Positions 53,145 through 61,614 of a DNA stretch of 64,000 nucleotides are shown in pieces. The notes beneath the pieces were generated by a model. That model did no database searches. It saw only the letters and a list, made by a program, of their open reading frames with translations, and had not been told where the DNA came from. The first letter of the stretch is position 1. Each line of letters opens with the position of its first letter. The DNA is from Pirellulales bacterium. Its GTDB lineage: Bacteria; Planctomycetota; Planctomycetia; Pirellulales; UBA1268. Location of the stretch: contig JAGYJY010000026.1 in NCBI GenBank assembly GCA_018401745.1, forward strand, positions 6,927 through 70,926. The letters run 5' to 3'. The translations under genes were made by a program, and so were the position numbers.

Positions 53145-53570
53145 TCATTCGCCCTCAGGTGCGTCGGCGGGCAGCATGCCGGCCTTGAGGCGATCGCCAA
53201 AGGTCTTGCCGTCGGGGCCTTCCATCGCGGCAACCTTCTCGAGCGCTTCGCGGATCTTCTCCACGTTGTCCTTGTCTTCCTTCTTGTCGAGCAGCTCGGT
53301 GAGGGCTGAGCCGTAGTCGTTCTTGTTTTTCTTGCTCTTGCCGTAGTGGCAGACGTTGCACTTGGCGGTCCCGACCGCCTCGGCCAGGGCCTTCTCAGCA
53401 TCGCTGCCTTCAGCATTCACATAGACTTCTTTGAACTGATCAAAGAACTGCTTGATCGCGAACGCGGGACGGGCCGCCGTCGTCGCCACGACGGCCACAG
53501 ACAGGCCGGCAATGATCGTCAGCAGACGACGCGAACGGGTGGGCTTGGTGGACTGCATGCCATGCAACAT
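53145..53570 (-). CDS. Small secreted monoheme cytochrome c-like protein
   Basis: Single CNVCH (CxxCH) motif. N-terminus MLHGMQSTKPTRSRRLLTIIAGLSVAVVATTAARPAFA has a Tat-like SRRxL signal and an A-x-A site. Confidence 0.55.
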   Translation of the reverse strand: MLHGMQSTKPTRSRRLLTIIAGLSVAVVATTAARPAFAIKQFFDQFKEVYVNAEGSDAEKALAEAVGTAKCNVCHYGKSKKNKNDYGSALTELLDKKEDKDNVEKIREALEKVAAMEGPDGKTFGDRLKAGMLPADAPEGE

Positions 53571-53740
53571 CGGTGATGCTCTCCAAGGGTTTGTCGACGC
53601 CCGCCGGTCCAAAACTCGTTTCCGGCACGCGGCGGGCCTGCGATGCCCGCGTTTCTTCGTCACAAAGAGAATCGAGACATGAGGCCATGTCAAGCAACAT
53701 TCTGCCTGTTTTAGGCTCAAAAACAGGCCAGTTCGTCTGT

Positions 53741-56236
53741 TCACGGCGTCTGCGACGATTCCTCGGGAAGCCTCCCAGGTGGGGATGATTCCGAGGCACC
53801 GGCGGCCTCACCAGCCGGTGCGACAGCCGCCTCCGCGTCGTTGGAAGTGTCGTCGCTCGGCCACTGGTCGATCTGTGGCACAAACTGCAGAGGCTGGGCA
53901 AGCGCGCTGAAATCGATCTCCACGCGTTCGGCAGCCCCATCGATGCGACGAAAGATCGGGCTTCCCTCGTAGCGGCTGCCAGCATCCGTCCAGCGGACGC
54001 GGCCGCGATAGACCTCCGGGTCTTCGATGCCCGACTGCTCGATCAGCGGCACGCCCTCCGGCGTGAGGAAGCGGCATCCCGTGGCGGTCACCTCCAGACG
54101 TGGCTCGGTTGGCCGTGCGGGTGAATCGAGAAGACAGGCAAACCCAGCGCGGCAGGCAAAGATCCCCTGCCGCAGCGTTGCTGCCAGCAGCGTCCCGTTC
54201 TCGACATCGCGGGCAGCGCCCTCAACGATCAGCCCCCGGCCGTTGGTGGCGAGCGACCCTCCGGACCAGCTGAGATCGACCCGTCTCTCGCCAGCCACTT
54301 CCAAAAAGTTCATGTCGCCGCGGACAACGGTGTCGATCAGGTCGATCCGCGTGGATGATGCCCCTGCGGGCTCGCCTGCACTCGGTGCGGGCGTCTCTCG
54401 ATCCAGCTCGCTGTTTGTGTCGACGGCAGCTGCCGCGGCGAGCACCTCGATGCACCGTGGTCGCGTCGATTCCACGAGGCTGCCTGCAAGCCCCTCAATC
54501 CCCACGCGACACCGCAGCAGGGCCAGCTGGCTTCCTCCCCGCAGGAGAAAGAGCTTTGCCGCAGGCTCAGGCGACTCCGACGACATGGCAAGCGTGAGGG
54601 TGAGGTTTTCAAAGGTGATGCCAGCAGCGTCACACACCACCCCCGCCCGCTCGCGGGCCAGCGACTCCATGGCAAAGCCGCTGAAGCGAACCTCCGGCCG
54701 AAAGCCCTCGGCAGCGCGGATCGTCAGCCGCTTCCCGGCAATCGCAATCGGCGGCTCATCCCGCACCGCTGAAAAAGCCAGCTCAATGCGATCGCCATCC
54801 GACGCCGCCGCCACCGCTTCCGCGAGGGAGACATGTTCCGTCCAGCCTTCGGACGCTGCGTCGGGTGCGTCAACGACGCGATGCAGTGTGCCCGTCATCT
54901 CAGTCGGCCGCTCCCCGGCTGCGGTGATGCCGACTGGATCCGCAGAAGCCAGCCGACGCTCCTCCCGCTCGGCTCGCCCTGCCGAATATTTCAGAGCCAC
55001 CACAATGGCCGCAAAGGCAAGCAGGGGCACAAGCCACGGCACATGGTCTGCCAGCCTGAGGGAACGCCTTCGCCGCCGCGGTGCAGGCCCGCTGGAAGTC
55101 AGCGGCAGTTCGATGCCGCGTTCGGCAGCCACGGCAGCCAGGGCCGCCACCAGCTCAGTGGGGTGCTGATACCGGTCGGCTGGATCCTTCTCCATCAGAC
55201 GGCCGATCACCTGGGCCAGCTGCCGGGGAACGTCCTGCCGGATGCGATCCACGGGCGTGGCCTGCTGCTGCTGGTGCTGCAGCAGCTTCTGCACCATCGT
55301 GCCCTCGGCAAACGGCGGACGGCCGATGAGCGTGAAATAGGCGGTGCAGCCGAGCGAATAGAGGTCGCTGCGAACATCGGCAAGCCGCGGGTCGCGGGCC
55401 TGCTCAGGCGAGATGTAGTCGAAGGTGCCAAGCGTCATGCCGCTGACGGTGAGATCCCGATCGCCGGTCATCTGGTGGAGTCGGGCCAGGCCCATGTCCA
55501 CCAGCCGCGCTCGTCCCGCCGGCGTGATGATCACGTTGGAAGGTTTGATGTCGCGATGCACGACGTTGCGGGTTTCCGCATGGGCCAGGGCGTCGGCGAG
55601 CTGCGAGGTGATCGTGATGGTGCGGGCCACATCGAAGGGGCCGGTGTCCTGCACGAGGTCCCGCAGGTTCACGCCCTCGATAAACTCGAAGACGATGTAG
55701 TGCCAGCCCTCTTCGCTGCCGACGGCATACACGCGGCCGATGTTTTCATGGTCGAGCCGGGCAGCAGACTGGGCCTCATTCTTGAAGCGTCGCAACAGGT
55801 CGGCATCGTCGGTGCGGTGTTGGAAGAGCACCTTGACGGCAACCGTGCGGTCGAGCGTCGTGTCGCGGCCGCGAAACACGGCCCCCATGCCGCCACCACC
55901 GACAAACTTCTCCAGCTCGTAGACCCCGAGCCGCTTGCCCTCAAGGGCCCGGCCAACGTCGGCCACGCCGGTGTGGAGCGGCCGGCCTTCGGCCTGCGGC
56001 TGCTCGACGTTGACGGCGACTGCAGCCGAACTGCCCTGAGGACTTTGTGAGATGACCGTTGCCTCGCCCCCGTTGTCTGCGAGGGCTGCCCCATCACCGG
56101 AGGCCTGCGGATACACCACAGGGCGAGCAGGCTGGAGCCGAGGCGCCGCCACGCTCTGCGTGGAGTCGTCGGTGGCATGATGCACCCGCACATGCGGTTG
56201 GTCCGCCGCGAAGCCAGGCGGTGCGAGCGATGTCAT
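53741..56236 (-). CDS. Serine/threonine protein kinase with TM segment and large extracytoplasmic C-terminal region
   Basis: GGGGMGAVFRG, VAVKVL, HRDIKPSNVII, DMGLAR and SPEQ, then a TM helix (VPWLVPLLAFAAIVVAL) and about 400 aa unassigned. Start ATG 56236 or 56278. Confidence 0.85.
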   Translation of the reverse strand: MTSLAPPGFAADQPHVRVHHATDDSTQSVAAPRLQPARPVVYPQASGDGAALADNGGEATVISQSPQGSSAAVAVNVEQPQAEGRPLHTGVADVGRALEGKRLGVYELEKFVGGGGMGAVFRGRDTTLDRTVAVKVLFQHRTDDADLLRRFKNEAQSAARLDHENIGRVYAVGSEEGWHYIVFEFIEGVNLRDLVQDTGPFDVARTITITSQLADALAHAETRNVVHRDIKPSNVIITPAGRARLVDMGLARLHQMTGDRDLTVSGMTLGTFDYISPEQARDPRLADVRSDLYSLGCTAYFTLIGRPPFAEGTMVQKLLQHQQQQATPVDRIRQDVPRQLAQVIGRLMEKDPADRYQHPTELVAALAAVAAERGIELPLTSSGPAPRRRRRSLRLADHVPWLVPLLAFAAIVVALKYSAGRAEREERRLASADPVGITAAGERPTEMTGTLHRVVDAPDAASEGWTEHVSLAEAVAAASDGDRIELAFSAVRDEPPIAIAGKRLTIRAAEGFRPEVRFSGFAMESLARERAGVVCDAAGITFENLTLTLAMSSESPEPAAKLFLLRGGSQLALLRCRVGIEGLAGSLVESTRPRCIEVLAAAAAVDTNSELDRETPAPSAGEPAGASSTRIDLIDTVVRGDMNFLEVAGERRVDLSWSGGSLATNGRGLIVEGAARDVENGTLLAATLRQGIFACRAGFACLLDSPARPTEPRLEVTATGCRFLTPEGVPLIEQSGIEDPEVYRGRVRWTDAGSRYEGSPIFRRIDGAAERVEIDFSALAQPLQFVPQIDQWPSDDTSNDAEAAVAPAGEAAGASESSPPGRLPEESSQTP

Positions 56237-56384
56237 CCTCCATCTCCTTTGCTCGACACTAGCACGCGTTGCAACCAAGGGTCAACGAAACCGCGAACAC
56301 CACGAGCCATGTTTGCAGCGGCCCGCCACCGCTCCCTACACTTCTCCAGGTGTAGTTGCCTTGTTCCCGGCCCGGAGCCCTCCC

Positions 56385-56955
56385 ATGAGCCTCTCTCCGC
56401 ACCTTGAAGAATCCCCCCCATCGGTGCTCGTGCGGCTGGCCACCTGGTCGATGGGCCTTGGGGGTGTGCTGATCGTGCTGGGCCTGGCAGCAATCGCCGC
56501 CCCCTGGGTGGCCGCAGCAGCTGTGGCCGCCTTCTGCGGCGTCACGCTGGTTGCCGGCGGCGTTTCCCAGGTGGCGATGACGGCCGGCACCTTCACCTGG
56601 CGGGGCTTCTGGCTGACGCTCGTCTCGGGCGTGTTGGCCATCATGCTCGGCGTGGCAATGCTGCTGATGCCCCACGAGGCGGCTGGAGCCCTGGTGATCT
56701 TCCTGGCGATCATGCTGCTGCTCGAGGCAACGGCGAAGCTCTCGGCCGCGATGCTCCTGGGCAGCGACTTTCCCCGCGGCTGGCTGCTCTTCGACGGGCT
56801 GATCACGACCGTGCTTGGGCGTCGTGCTGCTGGTCAGCGAGCCCGCGGCGAAAGAGGTGCTGCTCGGCCTCTTTGTAGGCATCAACCTGCTCTCCAGCGG
56901 TATCACCTTCGCGGCTGCCGGCTGGTCGCTGCGGAGCCGCCTGATGAGCGGCTAG
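56385..56955 (+). CDS. HdeD/DUF308 family membrane protein, interrupted by an apparent 1-nt insertion
   Basis: Frame 3 reads MSLSPHLEE...FDGLITTVLG, then frame 1 continues VVLLVSEPAAKEVLLGLFVGINLLSSGITFAAAGWSLRSRLMSG*. The junction is at GGGC 56817-56820. The shift makes the listed ORF 56313..58433 read through into the next gene. Confidence 0.65.
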
Positions 56956-57086
56956 GCTTTCTGTCGGCCGCGGCGTTGGCCAGTTCCCCCTGTTGTCTTG
57001 TAGACTGTTGTAAGTTGTCGACAGTTTCGGCGTCAGGCCCTGACGCAGGCGGAGTGCCTGTTCGGCCGACCGCGTGGGAGGACATC

Positions 57087-58433
57087 ATGCTCTCGATCTT
57101 TGGCGGCAAGCAAACGCTCTGTACGGGGAGTCGTCGCGACTTCCTCACGATCGGCGGCCTTTCGTTTGGCTGCGGAGGGCTTTCCCTCGCCGGCGTGCTG
57201 CGGCAGGCGGAGGCGGCCTCCACGCCGCCGGCACAGCGGCACAAGTCGGTGATCAACATCTTTCTCGGCGGTGGGCCGCCGCATCAGGATCTCTGGGATC
57301 TCAAGCCCGACGCTCCCAGCGAGATCCGGGGAGAGTTTCGCCCGATCGGCACCAACGTTCCGGGCATTGAGATCTGCGAGGTCTTTCCGCAGCTCGCCCA
57401 GCGGATGGACCGCTGCGCGATCATTCGCTCGGTCGTTGGCTGCGAGGGAGCCCACGCTTCGTTTCAGTGCATGACAGGCTGGTCGGAGAGCAGCCTCCGC
57501 ACAATCGGCGGGCGGCCGTCGATGGGCGCCGTGGTGTCGCGGCTGAAAGGCCCGGTCGATCCAGCGGTGCCTCCATTTGTGGGCCTTGCGGCTCCCACCA
57601 GCCATCGCCCTTGGTCCGATTCCGGCACACCAGGCTTCCTGGGGCCTGCCTACTCCCCCTTCAAGCCGGAGGGCCGCGACCTTGAGAACATGACGCTCCG
57701 CTCCATGTCGCTCGACCGTCTCCACGACCGCCAGCGGCTGCTGGCGGAGATCGACACCCTCCGTCGTGATGTCGATGCCACGGGCATCCTCGACGGTATG
57801 GACAGCTTCGGGCAGCGGGCCTTCGATGTGCTCACCGGCAGTCGGCTGCTCGATGCGCTCGACCTGGAGAAGGAGGATCCCGACGTCCGCGCCGCCTACG
57901 GCGATGGGAAGCCTTACCAGTATCAGTATGACGGCGCGCCGACCTGCAACGACCACCTGCTGATCGCCCGCAGGCTGATTGAGGCAGGGGTGCGGGTGGT
58001 GAGCCTCAGCTACGGCCGCTGGGACAGCCACGGGCAAAACTTCAACCTTGTCCGCGACCATGGCGGCAAACTCGACCAGTGCCTCTCGGCCCTGATCGAC
58101 GACCTCACCGAGCGAGGCATGATCGACGATGTGGCGATTGTTGTCTGGGGAGAGTTTGGCCGCACGCCAAAGATCAATCCCCAGGCAGGTCGCGACCACT
58201 GGCCGCAGGTGAGCACCGCGCTGCTTGCCGGCGGCGGCCTGCGGACAGGCCAGGTGATCGGCGCCACCAACAAGCTTGGCGAGCATGCCACCGACCGCCC
58301 GGTGCACATGCAGGAAATCACCGCCACCCTCTACCACGCCCTCGGCATCTCCACCGCCGACACCACGATCATCGACATGACCGGCCGGCCACAGTTCCTC
58401 GTCGAACACCAGCCCATCGCCGAACTGGTCTGA
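57087..58433 (+). CDS. DUF1501 domain-containing protein with Tat signal
   Basis: ATG 57087 MLSIFGGKQTLCTGSRRDFLTIGG (twin-arginine signal), GGGPPHQDLWDLKP and GEFGRTPKINPQAGRDHWP. Confidence 0.88.
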   Translation: MLSIFGGKQTLCTGSRRDFLTIGGLSFGCGGLSLAGVLRQAEAASTPPAQRHKSVINIFLGGGPPHQDLWDLKPDAPSEIRGEFRPIGTNVPGIEICEVFPQLAQRMDRCAIIRSVVGCEGAHASFQCMTGWSESSLRTIGGRPSMGAVVSRLKGPVDPAVPPFVGLAAPTSHRPWSDSGTPGFLGPAYSPFKPEGRDLENMTLRSMSLDRLHDRQRLLAEIDTLRRDVDATGILDGMDSFGQRAFDVLTGSRLLDALDLEKEDPDVRAAYGDGKPYQYQYDGAPTCNDHLLIARRLIEAGVRVVSLSYGRWDSHGQNFNLVRDHGGKLDQCLSALIDDLTERGMIDDVAIVVWGEFGRTPKINPQAGRDHWPQVSTALLAGGGLRTGQVIGATNKLGEHATDRPVHMQEITATLYHALGISTADTTIIDMTGRPQFLVEHQPIAELV

Positions 58434-58440
58434 GCGGACC

Positions 58441-61400
58441 CTACGGAGCCGGCGAAGGCTCCAGGGTGTGCAGCGGCTGCGGGTTGGCCACATCCCAGAT
58501 CAGCATGCGGCCGTCTTGGCTGCCGGCCGCGAGCGTCGTGCCGGCAACCGCCACCGACTGAACAAAGTCGCCCGCGCCCTGCAGACGCCGCACCTCACCG
58601 CCGGAGGCGACGTTAAACACGCGGACCGTTGCATCCCCCGAGGTCGCGGCAATCTCGTCGCCTTCGCCGATGAAGCGAACCCCCGTCACCTCGCGGCCCA
58701 GGCCGCCGATCGTGCGTTGCTGCTCGCCTGAGGTCGAGTCCCAGATCTTGAGCACGTTGTCGGCGCCGGCCGTGGCCAGCCGTCGGCCATTGGCCTGCCA
58801 GGCGACGCCCAGCACATGGCCCGTGTGGCCCTCAAAGCTCCGCACGGTCGAGCCGGTGGCCACCTCGTGCATCTTTGCCAGGCGGTCGGTGCCGCCCGAG
58901 GCGAGCCATGTGCCATCTCGCGAAAAAGCGAGCGCGACAACCGTATCGGAATGCGGCTGCTCGACGGAGCGAACAAGCTGGCCATCGGCCGTGCTCCAGA
59001 GCTTGATTTCTCCGCCTCGGCTTGCCCGACCGCTGCCGGAGGCCAGCAGCGAGCCGTCGGGGAGAAGGTCAGTGCCAGCACCGCATCGACCGGTGGCCCT
59101 TCCGGCTCATCGTCGAGGGCTGGCGGCAGCTGTTCTCCACCGATCGTGCGAACGAGGGTCCAGCGGTCGGCGGCCCCCCAGATGGAAGCGATGTCTTTTC
59201 CACCGCAGAGGAGCAGGCGATCGCCGTTGACTGCAGCGAGTGCTGTGGCTCCGGGCGTCGTGGAGAAACGACGGCGAGGCAGGCCGTCGCCGCCACCACA
59301 CACCACGACCCCGCCCTGGGCATCAAGGCAGCTCAGCTGGCTGCCATCAGGGCTGAAGGCCACCGCCAGAAGCGGCTGCTGGGAGGCTTTGAGGCTTTCA
59401 TCCAGCTGTCCACGACGGGCCTGGGTGTCGGCCAGCGTCTGCTCCGTGGCGGCGAGCTCTGCCTGCCGCTGCGGCAGCGCCTCGTCGGCGCGTGCCACCT
59501 GATTGGTGGCGAAATCGTGATCGCGACGAGCGGCCGTGAGCACCGTCTCTGCTGCCTTCGACGCCTCGGCGGCCGCCGACTCGGCCTTCTTCTGCTCGTC
59601 GACCTTCTTGGCAGCCTCCTCAACCCGAGGTTTGGCTCGCTCCACTTGTGAGCTGGCCGCCACCACCGCAGCCTCGGCGGCGGCCTTGGCAGCGACAGCG
59701 GCCGCCTCAACGGCGGCGTCGAGCTGCGTGGCCGCGTCTGCGGCAGCCTCGTCGCCCTCGGCAGCCTTGGCAAAGGCGGCCCGGCTGGCCTCGGCCGCTT
59801 CAGCGACGGCGGCCGCCTGGGTGACGACCCCCTTGGCCGCCTCCACGGCAGCTTCTGCCAACGGCACCGCTGCGGCAACCGTCGCCGCAATCCGCTCGGC
59901 TTCCTCGCGAGCCGCAACCGCTGCTGTGGCGGCGGCGGCTTTTTCGCTGGCGTCTTTCTCCGCCGCCGCCAGCTTTTCCTGCATCTTTGTGAGTTCCTCG
60001 GCAGCTTTCTTCGTGGCCTCCTCGGCAGCGGTCACCTGGGCCTTCCCGTGCTCCACATCCTGGCCCTGCACCCGCAGGTCGGCATCGATCGCGGCGAGGG
60101 CGTCGGCCAGCCGATGGTCGCCCTGTGTGTGAGACACGACCGCCCCATCGGCAAGATTCCAGACCTTCACCCCAGCCACGCCGCCGACCGTCGCCAGCCG
60201 TGTGCCGTCGGGATTCACGGCCAGCCCCGCCACCGGCCCACCATGGGCGAACTCCCGCACCACGGCCGCCGTCCTCAAGGTTCCAGAGCCGGACGACGCC
60301 GTCGTGGCAGCCCACCAGCAGGTGGCCGCTCACCACCGGCAACTCCTGCATCGCCGTCACCGGAGCCGCCGCCCCGCTGATCTCCCGCTCCGGAGCGGCT
60401 GCCGACGCGGTTTCCGTGGCCGCGGGCAGAGGCAGCGGCCACACACGGGCCACACCGTCGGCTTCCGCTGTGACCAGCCGGGTCCCACCGGACGCCAAGG
60501 CAACAGCACTGATCGCCAGCGGTCGCACAAGGCGGCCCACCACCTCACCATCCTCAAGCCGGTAGGCGGTGACGCTGCTGTCGGCCGCGGCCACGAAGAG
60601 CGCTGTGGCATCGGCCGAAAGGGCGGCAGCCACGGCGGCAGGGCCAGGGCTGCCGATGATCCGCAGTGTGGCCGCAACATCAGCGGCGGCAGGGTCGGTG
60701 AGGGCAATCCGGCCATCCGAGAGCCCCACCGCCATCAGGCTGCTCGGGCTGGCCGCAGCAGCCAGCAGCACGCCTCCTGCCGAACCGGGGATGTCGGCGA
60801 TTCGTTCGGCGGGCTGCCGTCCCCAGAGCTTGATCGTGCGGAACGAGCCCGTGGCGAGCATGTCGTCGGAGGGCGAAAAGGCCATGGCCGTGACCACGTC
60901 GGCGTGGGCAAGCGTTTCGCCGCTGCCTGCCGCGGCGACCGTCAGCGTCGGATCCGCGAGGCTCGACACCGCCGCTGGCTCGCCGGCTACCCGGGGAAGC
61001 AGCTGCCCGGAGCCCGTGTCGAAGAGTGTCACCCGACCGCCCCGGGCGGCAGCCGTCACGCGACCATCGGCCGAGAGGGCCACGGCCAGCACGCCCCCCA
61101 CGCCCGGAGGCAGGGGCTTCCAGTCCACCGGTCGCATCGCCAGCGGCCCAGCCTTGGCGCCCTCATCGATCCACCGCTTGAGCAGTCCGAGCTGTTCCGG
61201 CGTGAGGTTCACCGCCCCCACGCTGTTGTCTTCCGGAGGCATCGCATCTTCATCGAGCTGGTGGGCCGCCCGCAGAAAGAGCAGGCTCTCCGCCGCGTTG
61301 CCCGCCACAATGCCTGGCCCTGAATCGCCTCCTGCCATGATCCGCTCGAGGCTGTCCATCGAGAAGCCGCCTTCGGTCACCTTTTCGTTGTGGCAGGCGG

Positions 61401-61614
61401 TGCAGCTGGCGGAGAGCATCGGCATGATCTCGTCCTGATACCGCACCGGTGTCTCGCGAAGACTCTCCGCCACAGGCAGGCCTGCCGCGTCCTCGGCTGC
61501 TGCAGAGGGCAGCCCGCTGCATGCACTGCCTGCCATCGCGGCGATCGCCAGCCATGCCGACAGCCTCACACGGCGTGTCGCCTGAGGGCCGCGTGGACTC
61601 ATGGTGTGTCTCAT
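58441..61614 (-). CDS. PSCyt1 (planctomycete cytochrome c) - WD40 - coiled coil - WD40 giant protein, interrupted by two apparent frameshifts
   Basis: Three ORFs (59800..61614, 58686..60278, 58441..58872) are collinear parts of one gene. It has a signal peptide, IMPMLSASCTACHNEKVTEGGFSMDSL..GGDSGPGIVAG (PSCyt1 with CxxCH), WD40-like blades, an Ala/Glu coiled coil of about 270 aa, then canonical WD40 blades (LAFSRDGTWLASGG, VLGVAWQANGRRLATAG..IWD). Junctions lie near 60262-60272 and at G4 59059-59062. Confidence 0.75.

Noticed and set aside
56313-58433. Single 706-aa HdeD-DUF1501 fusion protein
   Set aside because: The linker between the two parts is nonsense sequence produced by a 1-nt shift. 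The true hdeD-like C-terminus and stop are visible in frame 1 (56821-56955), and DUF1501 has its own ATG with a Tat signal at 57087.
57033-58493. 486-aa ORF antisense to the DUF1501 gene
   Set aside because: Antisense shadow ORF.
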